This document shows positions 54,310 through 64,000 of a DNA stretch of 64,000 nt, in pieces. The notes below the pieces were generated by a model that had not been told where the DNA came from, searched no databases, and was given only the letters and a program-made list of their open reading frames with translations. Position 1 is the first letter of the stretch; each line of letters begins with the position of its first letter. Position numbers and translations under genes: made by a program. Origin of the DNA: an uncultured Nitrososphaerales archaeon (GTDB lineage Archaea; Thermoproteota; Nitrososphaeria; Nitrososphaerales; Nitrososphaeraceae); assembly GCA_963713605.1 (NCBI GenBank), contig CAVQMO010000001.1, positions 768,001 through 832,000 on the forward strand. Direction: 5' to 3'.

Positions 54310-56383
54310 TTGAAAGACTGCAATACTGTAGCACTTATTACCTTGAGTCTCTTCATTTCAGCCATTTTTTATAGTGCAGGTGATACTTATTCACAGCTCT
54401 ACAATCCACATGGTGTAAAGATCTTGTCTCCTGTCAAGGAACAAGAGGTGTCCATAAATATCCGAAATTTCACGGTTGAAGGAGTTTCCACGGACAATTC
54501 TACGAACAACTGCGACGTGTCACTTCTTCTTAATGGGATTACTCCATATGCCAAAGTTTCTTCTAAGGTACAAAATGGACCGAATGATTTCTCAGCTTGG
54601 GAACGAATATTCGACTCCAATTTACACTTGAATGTCGGAGAAAACAAGTTAACTGCTAGGTTACTCTGTCCCGATGATAAAAGCGGTCAGATAACCAAAT
54701 ATCACTCTGTTAACTTCACAGGAACAAACGAAACGAGTTCTGCTCCCATAACTAAGGAATTGAATTCGCTCTCAACAAGAGATAATATATCTCCAACCAA
54801 CATTAATGAAGTCGATGAAACCGAATCGACCTCATCAGAAAATGAAACGAGTTCTGCTCCCATAACTAAGGAATTGAATTCGCTCTCAACAAGAGATAAT
54901 ATATCTCCAACCAACATTAATGAAGTCGATGAAACCGAATCGACCTCATCAGATATTGACGATCAAACCGAAGTTACGAGCAGGGATCAAGTGTTTAGGA
55001 ATATAACTTCAGGTCCGGTAATAATCCCTCCTAGTGAGGATCAAGAGTCTGCCGTGTTTGATTCTTCATCTGTTAATGATTCTGTGATTATACCTAACGC
55101 AACCAACTCAGGTTTTGCTAAGGACAATGGAACCTCCCCATCTGTAATAATCCCTCCTAGTGAGGATCAAGAGTCTGCCGTGTTTGATTCTTCATCTGTT
55201 AATGATTCTGTGATTATACCTAACGCAACCAACTCAGGTTTTGCTAAGGACAATGGAACCTCCCCATCTGTAATAATCCCTCCTAGTGAGGATCAAGAAA
55301 CTTCAACTAACCATCTTGCACCTGTCAATAATCAGTCTTACAGCCGACCCAATCAAGTATCGAAGGAAATCATCGGGCACCAAGAGTCCCGGGGTGAAGA
55401 AAGCGACGATATTCCTCTAATATTTCCTACTCCGTCTCCTCGTGTCACATTCGATGATGATGGAGATAATTCTATTGTTGACAGTTCAGTTCAAGATTTG
55501 TCTCCTGTGATTAAAATTGAAAATAACAATACTGTGATTGAGGAGGGCTCACTCATGATGCTCAATTCAACCCAAAGTTATTCCCATGTTGGCCCGATCG
55601 TGTCGAATTCCTGGAAGCAACTGACAAACCATCCACTTGAGTACATTGAGGGTCTCAATCTGCCGATTCTGAAGTTTAGGGCCCCTTATGTTTCTCAAGA
55701 TACACCGCTTGAATTTGAAATTTCGGTTTCAGACTCGCATGGAAAGAGTAGCAGTGGAATAGCTCATGTTTTGGTGAGTGACGTTGCGAGCCTTGGATCA
55801 ACATCAAACACTTCCTCTGACATACTTAATCAGTCCATCTCGGATCCACATTCAGGGGGTATGACAACAAATGTAAGAATCCCTGACTCGTCCGAAACTA
55901 ATTTCTCGGGATCTCCAAGTGCATCCAACTCCTTCAGCTACACAGTCTAAGAACCAATCGCAAACAACAGTCGTTTCCAACTCCTCCGCGAGGGGAGATG
56001 AGAATGGCACTTCTGTGAGGGCCGTAGCTGGAGTTGATCAGATAGTAAACGAAGGTATGGAGGTTATTCTTAGTGGGGATTCTACTTCTACAAATAATAG
56101 TCAGTTATCATATGAATGGAAGCAGGTTGGTGGAGATGTCAAAGTATCTGCACCAGGACAGCAGAATGCAAAACAAATTAGCTTCCAGGCACCAGAGGTA
56201 AATAAGGATTCAAAATTAACCTTCAGGTTTATCGCGTCTGCTGATGGAAGACAAATCTCGTCGGACGAGGTTACCATTACCATAAATGATATCCTTCCGA
56301 ATCATGAGGAAAACGAATCAACGGATTCCCAGGATGGGGAAATAAGTGATAGCGAGGACGACGACAATGATGATGATAATTAG
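54310..56383 (+). CDS. Large secreted Ser/Thr/Asp-rich surface protein with Ig-like N-domain, internal repeats and two PKD/K319L-like domains (frameshift near 55940)
   Basis: Signal peptide; GENKLTARLLC domain; SWKQL..FRAP and AGVDQ..YEWKQV..FQAP modules; acidic C-terminus. Confidence 0.75.
54730..54953 (+). repeat. Intragenic tandem repeat, 114-bp period, 2 copies
   Basis: GAAACGAGTTCTGCTCCC...ACCTCATCAGA identical at 54730 and 54844. Confidence 0.95.
55018..55298 (+). repeat. Intragenic tandem repeat, 126-bp period, about 2.2 copies
   Basis: GTAATAATCCCTCCTAGTGAGGATCAAGA... at 55018, 55144 and (partial) 55270. Confidence 0.95.
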
Positions 56384-56449
56384 TCCTTTTTTGATAACGC
56401 TTCTGAAATTGCTGGAAAACTAACCATGAAGTGATTCATGACCGAGGTC

Positions 56450-57070
56450 TCAAACTGAGTGGACTTCGACTCCGTAGTATGAGTGATTTCCATATTTAAT
56501 ACGAGTCTTAATGTACCATTTTGAAAATTTCTTAATAGACTTGTGGCGATGGGAGAAGACTGCTTTCCTATTTGATATGCTTAACTCTCCGTACGTCTTA
56601 GTGGTGTTTTCCGGGATAAAAATAGGATCAAAGCCCCAACCTCCATCAGTAGCTAATCTGCTTAGCATCCCTTGCGTCTTGCCAGTAAACATCTTTAAGG
56701 TTTGACCATCATTATATGCAATCACTGAAAGGAAGTGCGCTTTTCTGTTTGTTCTATTTTCCATTAGTTTCAATAGACCCTGGTTACCTAAGGTTTTGTA
56801 AACAAATGATGAATACTGTCCTGGGAAACCTTTCAACGAGCTTATGTAAAATCCATCATCTTCAATTATGACCGGCTTTTGGAGATATTCAAAGGCATTG
56901 GTCGATTTGGCCTTTGCTATTCGATGTACTGATTCGGATTGGATTTCCTGGAGTGACATCTTGACAAAGTGGGATTCTACTCCGTAATGACTCAGTATTT
57001 GCTCAATTTCTCTGTACTTATTAGAATTCGAACTTGCAAAATAAATTTCCTTGATATTCGTCTCTCCCAA
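56450..57070 (-). CDS. rdgB: Non-canonical purine NTP pyrophosphatase (RdgB/HAM1)
   Basis: FASSNSNK, EDDG, GFPG, GWGFDPIF, SHR. Confidence 0.93.
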   Translation of the reverse strand: MGETNIKEIYFASSNSNKYREIEQILSHYGVESHFVKMSLQEIQSESVHRIAKAKSTNAFEYLQKPVIIEDDGFYISSLKGFPGQYSSFVYKTLGNQGLLKLMENRTNRKAHFLSVIAYNDGQTLKMFTGKTQGMLSRLATDGGWGFDPIFIPENTTKTYGELSISNRKAVFSHRHKSIKKFSKWYIKTRIKYGNHSYYGVEVHSV

Positions 57071-57131
57071 ATTGATATGCTATAGTAGAATCAATTGGAG
57101 GTCATTATTATTTCAATACCATTAGTCGACA

Positions 57132-57812
57132 CTAATAGGAATTCATAATGCGTGAATATCTTCCTCTGGTCTGTATTTCGTCAACCTTTCGCAATACCCT
57201 CCTCCCTCTTTCGGAAGGGCTAAATGACGAATACGCCTCTGAGAAATTCGAGAAAGCTTCATCAAAAATATCACAGTGCACGCTATTTAGGACCTCCTTT
57301 AACATCCGCACCTCCGATGCCATGTCTTCCAATCTTTGAGAGAAGAAGGATAAACCAAAATCTATTATTGCGAGTTCCGTATAATTTTCCCGTGGGCGAC
57401 TTTCCAGAATAAAATTAGCAGTAGTTACGTCTCCGTGGATAATGTTCTTGGAATGAAGTTTTGCAATACACTCTCCTAATTTTAATGCGAGGTCGGCCGA
57501 AAAGACAGTTTTCAAATTTTCGCCTTTGATGTACTCCATAATTATTTCATTGCGGTGTATATCCAAGAAATATACGTATGGAGATCTAATCCCTGCTTCT
57601 TTGGCCTTCGAGAGCATCTCTGCCTCGCGAATTGTCCTTCTATGTCTCAGCTCCCTGTCTAGGACAGGATGTCGATAAGATCTCTCAGTTCTCAATTTTG
57701 ATAGCGCTCGCTTGTCATACCAACTAATTAGAAAAAGATCTGCCTCAGACCCTTTCTTGAGTAGACTCGGAAGCTTGTTCGACAACAATAATATAAATCG
57801 GAACAATATCAT
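57132..57812 (-). CDS. bud32: KEOPS kinase Bud32
   Basis: KGSEA, YRHPVLD, RTIREA, HGDVTTAN, IDFGL, RGRY. Confidence 0.93.
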   Translation of the reverse strand: MILFRFILLLSNKLPSLLKKGSEADLFLISWYDKRALSKLRTERSYRHPVLDRELRHRRTIREAEMLSKAKEAGIRSPYVYFLDIHRNEIIMEYIKGENLKTVFSADLALKLGECIAKLHSKNIIHGDVTTANFILESRPRENYTELAIIDFGLSFFSQRLEDMASEVRMLKEVLNSVHCDIFDEAFSNFSEAYSSFSPSERGRRVLRKVDEIQTRGRYSRIMNSY

Positions 57813-57818
57813 AAAAGT

Positions 57819-58148
57819 GTGAGCGGGGCTGAACCTAGACTAGGAGAAAAACTGATCATACAAGAAGACTGTGCAGAGGATAAATTGAGAAATGGAATAT
57901 TGACATTGACAAACCAACGACTCATTTTCGAAAAGACAGAAGGCAGGATGACAACATTGAGCAAGAAAACAGAGGAGGTACTGCTCGACATTCCATTGGA
58001 AAAGATTTCAGCATCAAAGTCAGAGGGCTTTATCATAGCAAAAGTCGTCGTAGAATTAAGTGATCGGACTTACAAGTTCGGCGTCCTAAATACAGGACAT
58101 TGGGCCAAAGAAATAATGACCCAGGTTAACAAAGTCAAAGGTAGTTAA
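57819..58148 (+). CDS. PH/GRAM-like domain protein
   Basis: GILTLTNQRLIF..IPLEKI.. beta strands with terminal W-containing helix. Confidence 0.6.
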   Translation: MSGAEPRLGEKLIIQEDCAEDKLRNGILTLTNQRLIFEKTEGRMTTLSKKTEEVLLDIPLEKISASKSEGFIIAKVVVELSDRTYKFGVLNTGHWAKEIMTQVNKVKGS

Positions 58149-58158
58149 TTGGTCTTGA

Positions 58159-59171
58159 TTACCTCCATGTTACATTCACGGAGTCCAACCGCCAAGTTTG
58201 ATCGATAAACCCATTTTCTGGCGCTACACCAACTTTCGAATGCACATGATCAACTAGGCTTGTTAACGCAATTTGGACGCCGTTGTCTCCCGCATAACGG
58301 ATTGGACAGATATGCAGCCTAGTACCCGTGTCTTGCGCAAACATAATTTAACATGTCTGCTAGACGTCTATTAGCCGCTACTCCTCCAACTACTAGCACT
58401 TCTTCTTTGTTCGTAAATGAAATAGCTCTCTCTGTGGCCTCGGCCAAAATTGCAAACGCCGTTTCTTGTAAAGAGTAACATGTATTACCGATATCAAATC
58501 TCCCGCCCTTGGCACGTTTTATTGCGGCTGTAAGCAACCCACTGAATGAAACGTCGTTTCCCTTAATCGTGTATGGTATCAAGGAATACTCTTTTCTAGA
58601 ATTGCTTGCTAATCTTTCAATCATCGACCCACAAGGGGATGAAAAACCCAATGACCTGCCAAATTGATCAAGTAGTTGACCTATGGTGATGTCCAAGGTT
58701 TCTCCGAATATTCTCCATCTTTTATTCAAATGCAAGAGAATCATCGTGTGACCGCCTGAAACCAGAATGACCAAAGGATTCTTAGCACCTGTCAAACAAG
58801 CCCCCAGTTCAATATGAGCTAATGCATGATTGACAGGCACCAAAGGTTTTCTATAGTATGTGGACAGGAGGCGAGCTAGAACAGACTCCTATCCTTAGGC
58901 ATGGTCCCAGTCCGGGACCTCCAGAATAACCTATTATATCTATTTGTTCCATCTCTAAAGAAGAAAGGGCAACTGCTTCTTTCAAGATTCTGCTGCAAGC
59001 ATCCGCGTGGTGTCTGGATGCCTCTCTTGGGTGTATCCCGGAACCTTCTGGAGGCCTATAGGACGACCGTACATCTGACAGTATCCTAAAAGATCCTGTC
59101 CTCTTCCCTTTCATTTCTGCAATGGCACAACCGAAAGTATGAGCTGTACTTTCTATTCCTAAAGCTAACAA
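58159..59171 (-). CDS. kae1: KEOPS t6A synthase Kae1 (two frameshifts, near 58880 and 58340)
   Basis: LGIESTAHT, GIHPRE, GPGLGPCL, VNHALAHIE, VSGGHT, GETLD, GDNG. Confidence 0.93.
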
Positions 59172-59187
59172 ATAATGTTCCTATCTC

Positions 59188-60392
59188 CTATCTTCTACTG
59201 GTCGCTGAAACTATTTTGATCACATCTTTGTCCTTTAACTTGTACTCTGCTCCTACCCTCTGTTTAGATCTGACATCGATAGCGTAAAGGAAGCCTTTGC
59301 CCAATTGTTCGTGTACCTTTCCAGCAAGATCCTTCACAGTAGTGTCATTCGATAACAGATAAGCATCAGGAAGAACATTTCCCTTCTTATCCATTAGTCT
59401 GTTTTCATCCTCTACAGGGTAAACAACGATCATTCCAAGCAGTCCGAAGCATACCCTATTCAAAATCTGCTGAACACCTGTTGAACCATATCTAGTTAGA
59501 ACTGTGCGAACTTTCTCCAATGCCTTCATTTGGTCTTCCCGGAGTAACGCTTTTGGGTTGATGTCAAATGAACTATCACCAGGAAGGTACCGTAGCATAC
59601 CATTTTTTGATCCGAGCTTAAGCATAACTTCGGCCTCGGAAATACAGGGGATGATCTCGCTGTCGAGGCTCTTAAGTCTTAGTAAGTTCGATTCAGCTGT
59701 TAGGAAATCTGCCTTGTTAGGCAGCAACTATCATCGGTTTTGACAATTTCCTTAATGTTTGACAGAACAACAATAAATCATTGGGAGACCAGGAAGATAA
59801 CTTCTTATCACAAAGTCCTGTCTCATTCAACGAAGTAATTATCTGACTCTCCCTCACCGACAATCCTGAAAGTTGTCTTGATAATATCTTTGATATCTTA
59901 TCTGGAGCACCCTGCAAATCTCTTGAAGACCTTTCTAAGTTCTTCTTCAAATTTGTAACCAACCACAAGTCAAATTCTTCTAATACAAATTCTGCATCCT
60001 GTACTGGATCTCCTGTTCCAGGGCTTACCGCGCGGCCCTCCAAATCAGTACTTCCGGCTACGTCTACCACATGCACCAGCGCATCTGCCTCTCTCGCACT
60101 ATCTAGAAATTGGTTTCCTAGGCCTCTGCCAGTGTGGGCACCTGGAACAAGCCCTGCTATGTCCAGAATTCTTATAGGAATATATCTGCTACCGTCTATA
60201 CACATTGAATGCAATGGGTTATCCTTAACTTGGAATTCTCTGCATACGCACCTTGTCCTTACATATCCTATGCCAATGTTCGGCTCTATCGTTGTAAATG
60301 GAAAGTTAGCAGTTTGAACTCCTAGACTTGTAGGCAGCGTTGAAGAACGTAGACTTACCGACATTTGATTTACCAATAATCCCGATTAGCAA
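59188..60392 (-). CDS. ychF: OBG-family ATPase YchF with TGS domain (two frameshifts, near 60330 and 59720)
   Basis: Frame from TTG 60392 LIGIIGKSNVGKST; NFPFTTIEPN, DIAGLVPGAH, GLGNQFL, TGS C-terminus. Confidence 0.9.
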
Positions 60393-60546
60393 TTATGTCC
60401 AGATGTTATAGTATTATTATATATAGACATACTTCACATCCTGGAAAAATCCAACAAACTATGCCTCTGAACTATGTTGTCTTTAGTTCTGGCACTAAAC
60501 TTAAATAGCTATCCAGATCTTATGAAGCATTTTAGGAGAACTTGAT

Positions 60547-61920
60547 TTGGCCGGAATTGTGGCTGTTTCAGACGCTGAAACTGGAAGGGCAAAAAATGTT
60601 GTCTACATTCTGGCTCACTGTATGCGAATGCTCCAGCACAGAGGCAAGGCTTATTGGAAATTAATGGTAGGCAAGAATATCGCCGAAGGTGATGGCCCTT
60701 TGCCGTATGAAGAAAAGATTTTCAGAATTGTAAAGGAGCGTAAGCTTACCGGAAATGATGGGATTGGATTTCTATCCAAGCGGCGGCCGGAGTCGAGTGG
60801 CTTTAATCACAGTCAAATCGCCTTGGATGGATTTTTAGTGGATACCGAAAAACTATACCTACACCCCATGATAGGGGGGGCAAGGCAAAGCGATCCACTG
60901 TATCAAATCTATTGCATTTTCAAGATACTTCTGACCAAGAATTGTGATCCACCGAAGGCTAGCGACTTTCTAGACCGGCACTTGAGAGGAAATATGCTTG
61001 TACGGATGGATGGCAACATCTATGCTTATCGAAATAGCACGGGGTTCAAGCCTCTAGTATTAGGAAGTGACAAAAAAGAGTCATTGCACGTGATTGCGTC
61101 AGAAAATTCTTTACGGATTTCGTTAATAGATCTCACATTCAGAGATGTGGTTCCAGGGGAACTATTAAAACTTGACAGAAAATCTGGTCCTGTCACATTG
61201 ACGACCCAGTCATCACCCAATGTGGTAGCAGACCCTTTCGAATTTATCAGGGAATCGAATGTGGCATCCATCGTAAATGGCAAAAGCATTTATGAAATAA
61301 GGAAAAATATCGGAAGGGAGCAGTCAAAGTTTCTTTCTGGGAGATTCCGCATCGAATCGGCATTCGCTGAACCCGACTACACGAGACCTATGGGCTTGGG
61401 CTTTAGCTTGGAATATCAAAAAAATCATAAGATGTTTGAAATAGGTGAAGGTGTCATAAAGGATCGATATGACGATTCCGATCACATGATCGACTTTTCA
61501 GAGGAAGTAAGCAAGTACAAACTATTAACGACAAGTAAATCCTTGAAATTTGTTGTGGAGAATTTGGTCGCAGATAAGAGTATTGGAACAATCCAGGGTA
61601 CCATTCAGACCGGTGCCACGGTCAAGGAGACAATTCATTATCTGAAGAAAGCAGGAGCCAAACAGATTATTGTCATTGTTAGCTATCCACCAACGATTGA
61701 TGGTAGACAGGTCGGACTTTACACACAAAACCGAGATCTTGTCGCCAACAAGTATGTAGGTAAAGTGTCATCCATCGATGAAATCAATGTTCTAATGAGT
61801 CACGAAATAGGTGCTGACAGGGTCTATTATAATTCCCCTACTTCATTGGCTAAGGCTATTGGCATAGCCGAAGGAAACTTATGGTTTCCGGAGTGGATAC
61901 GGTTCTTGGAGTACCAGTGA
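60547..61920 (+). CDS. Amidophosphoribosyltransferase (PurF)-like protein, catalytic residues degenerate
   Basis: LQHRG, GFKPL, ASEN, VPGE, SIYEIRKNIG, LKKAGAK, IGADR; lacks Cys1 and the DDSIVRGTT motif. Confidence 0.75.
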   Translation: MAGIVAVSDAETGRAKNVVYILAHCMRMLQHRGKAYWKLMVGKNIAEGDGPLPYEEKIFRIVKERKLTGNDGIGFLSKRRPESSGFNHSQIALDGFLVDTEKLYLHPMIGGARQSDPLYQIYCIFKILLTKNCDPPKASDFLDRHLRGNMLVRMDGNIYAYRNSTGFKPLVLGSDKKESLHVIASENSLRISLIDLTFRDVVPGELLKLDRKSGPVTLTTQSSPNVVADPFEFIRESNVASIVNGKSIYEIRKNIGREQSKFLSGRFRIESAFAEPDYTRPMGLGFSLEYQKNHKMFEIGEGVIKDRYDDSDHMIDFSEEVSKYKLLTTSKSLKFVVENLVADKSIGTIQGTIQTGATVKETIHYLKKAGAKQIIVIVSYPPTIDGRQVGLYTQNRDLVANKYVGKVSSIDEINVLMSHEIGADRVYYNSPTSLAKAIGIAEGNLWFPEWIRFLEYQ

Positions 61921-62255
61921 TTGTTCTGGATATCAAGACAGATGTCGAAAGGCTCAGACTAGCAAATGCACCAATAAACAAAGTAGTGTTATTCGAAGGC
62001 GTTTTATTATCAGTCGAAAACATATCGATTGAAAGAGTAGAACTCAGGCATTACCGGGAAGGATTGGACAAGGAAAAGGGAATTTATTCACTAATAACGG
62101 TTTACCTTAAATCAACCAAAGGAGAGGTAGAACTTAAGTTCGATGAAGGGTTCAAAGGAAAAGATCCTCTCCCAGAGATTTCATTAATTCTGAAGAGATA
62201 CGTAGGTCTTGAGTCATTAATAAATCGACTCCTCATCGCGTTCAATGAAACGTAG
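61917..62255 (+). CDS. Hypothetical protein coupled to the purF-like gene
   Basis: GTGA overlap with the upstream stop; 112 aa. Confidence 0.65.
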   Translation: MIVLDIKTDVERLRLANAPINKVVLFEGVLLSVENISIERVELRHYREGLDKEKGIYSLITVYLKSTKGEVELKFDEGFKGKDPLPEISLILKRYVGLESLINRLLIAFNET

Positions 62256-62337
62256 GGAGTTGAAATTAGCTTCTCATAGTTAATTGCAACATCATAGCGT
62301 CTGCCCGACAGCCTCCTAGAAGGATTAGGTAGTATCG

Positions 62338-62847
62338 TTATTTAAAATCCTCACGAACAGATTTTGCATGGTCACGAATATGTTTAACATTGTCTACTAT
62401 TCCTGCAATATCCGGATTCCCATCTGCACTTCCGATGGTATGCAACAGCTGTTTTATTTCTAATACCATTGAACTAATTTCTGAGATCAGATTTCTTGAT
62501 GCGCTAACCAATTCCTTAGTACTTCCCTCGCTGTTAAGGGTATCTAGTGCAAGTCTGCCTGCTCTTATAGTGCTCGAAATTTCATCCATTAGGCCTGAGT
62601 TCTGGGCCTCGCCACGCAGGCTATCTATTTTCGAAGAAATCCTTTCAATCGACTCCAATGCAAGCCTGAAATTTTCAATGTTTTTGACCATGGAAGGATC
62701 CTTGAAGGACTCGACTATCTCCTTAGTGGTACCTGCGATATCCTTCATTCTATTCAAAGATTCATGTACTTCGGGATTTTTGAGGTCTCGAATTATCTGT
62801 ATCGCATTCGAGGAAGTCTCTCGAATGTCATTTAGTTTCCCGCCCAT
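62338..62847 (-). CDS. Coiled-coil/helical hypothetical protein
   Basis: 169 aa, amphipathic helical repeats. Confidence 0.65.
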   Translation of the reverse strand: MGGKLNDIRETSSNAIQIIRDLKNPEVHESLNRMKDIAGTTKEIVESFKDPSMVKNIENFRLALESIERISSKIDSLRGEAQNSGLMDEISSTIRAGRLALDTLNSEGSTKELVSASRNLISEISSMVLEIKQLLHTIGSADGNPDIAGIVDNVKHIRDHAKSVREDFK

Positions 62848-63213
62848 AATTGTAATACATTCACTTAGTTAATAAAACTAAACTAGTGCAAACTATTCAT
62901 GGTGAGATAAGAGTGGGATGAAACGGTATATTGCAATTGGATATTGCCATGACCTGATTAGTCGAGTTGGCAGTAAGAGAAATCTATCTCGCTCATGAGA
63001 TACCAATTCACGAACTAATGTGACAATAGCCCCCTTTTGAGTAGCTTGAAAGAATTTAGACATTATCCGTGAGGCGTTTATACCAGTACCATGATATCAA
63101 ACCTTTATTCGTTAGAATCGGCAGAAGAAAACATTTACATTAATCTAAAAAAAAACAATACCATAATACTCAGTCGCGCCTCTTTTATTCTAGGTGATGG
63201 CGTATGCCAATAG

Positions 63214-63487
63214 ATGAAGCATAGGAATAGGTTAGAAATTATTGCGCTAATTCTCCAGAACGCATCGGATGAAAGTGGCGCATCTCAAAAAAAGATCATG
63301 TACAGGTCATTTTTGTCATATCACCATCTTAAAGACTATCTGACTCTATTATTGGTAAATGGCCTGATCGAGTTTTTGGATATTCAAAGAAAATATAAGA
63401 TTACAGTCGAAGGGCAAGAAATTTTTGCAAATATATAATGGACTTAATGAAGTAGTAGAATTAACAAATACGATTACCTCGAGATGA
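63214..63487 (+). CDS. Winged-helix DNA-binding protein (archaeal HTH_45-like; frameshift near 63408)
   Basis: RNRLEIIALIL..KIMYRSFLSY..LKDYL..NGLI..YKIT; shifted frame continues KGKKFLQIYNGL. Confidence 0.8.
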
Positions 63488-63541
63488 ATTTAGAAGGCAC
63501 CTCTTACCTTATGCCAAACTCGTAGCTTTGTTTTTCCTACT

Positions 63542-64000
63542 TTACTCTCTTTTTCCAATCAGATTTGAACGTGAGAACACTCTTTCTACGTCTTCAGCCT
63601 TCATTAAGCCTTCTTCTATTACTATGTCCTTCACATTCCTGTTTGTTTCCAGTGCTCTCTTGTAAATTTCGGACGCCTTCGTATAGCCTATGTAGGGGTT
63701 TAAAAGAGTCACGAGTACCGGGCTTCTATATACATACTTAGAAAGCTTTTCTGCATTTGCTTGAATGCCCTCGATAAAATTGGCTGTGAATACCGGGAGA
63801 AACTTCCTGAGCATATCCATAGAATCTAGAACCCATTTCGACATCCCTGGGAGCATCACATTCAACTCAAACTGGCCCGCTTGTGATGCCATTGTAACCG
63901 CCAGATCATTACCAATAACGTTAAAGCAAATCATGTTGAGACATTCGGCCAAAGATGGATTAATCTTGCCTGGCATTATCGAAGAGCCTGCATGCACGGC
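63542..64000 (-). CDS. Class II fumarate hydratase / aspartate ammonia-lyase (C-terminal part)
   Basis: GSSIMPGKINP signature, GQFELNV, LNPYIGY. Confidence 0.9.
   Translation of the reverse strand, partial: AVHAGSSIMPGKINPSLAECLNMICFNVIGNDLAVTMASQAGQFELNVMLPGMSKWVLDSMDMLRKFLPVFTANFIEGIQANAEKLSKYVYRSPVLVTLLNPYIGYTKASEIYKRALETNRNVKDIVIEEGLMKAEDVERVFSRSNLIGKRE

Noticed and set aside
54730..55298. Repeats as a CRISPR array
   Set aside because: Units are 114 and 126 bp, in-frame, without unique spacers, and no cas genes are nearby.
14733..60392. Split genes as true pseudogenes or programmed frameshifts
   Set aside because: They hit many essential single-copy genes, show no shared slippery motif and no further decay; sequencing indels are the simpler explanation.
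62390..62872. 160-aa plus-strand ORF and other long antisense ORFs (e.g. 18572..19120, 41265..41801)
   Set aside because: Shadow ORFs antisense to better-supported genes.

Overview
Core-genome segment of an ammonia-oxidising archaeon (Thaumarchaeota/Nitrososphaerota, probably Nitrososphaerales). The assignment rests on a eukaryote-like topoisomerase IB, an ADP-forming 3-hydroxypropionyl-CoA synthetase of the HP/HB cycle, cofG/cofH, taw1, rpo4, L21e/uL16 and BHB-intron tRNAs. The window also holds a complete tetrapyrrole operon (sirC-hemA-hemB-hemL-hemC-cobA-hemD), sufBD, a dCache histidine kinase/response-regulator locus, ribL/ribK, dnaG, gdhA, trpS, pheST, KEOPS genes and three tRNAs (Glu with a T-loop intron, Met, His with an anticodon-loop intron). 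About 20 single-base frameshifts hit essential genes, so they are most likely sequencing indels rather than pseudogenes. The most interesting element lies between pheT and a GT2-cofG-cofH block: a translationally coupled YcaO-TfuA (thioamidation) pair with a divergent, unannotated 57-aa ORF resembling NHLP-clan RiPP leader proteins, a candidate archaeal thioamitide or protein-thioamidation system. No CRISPR array or mobile element was seen. All family assignments come from motif recognition by eye; no database search was run.
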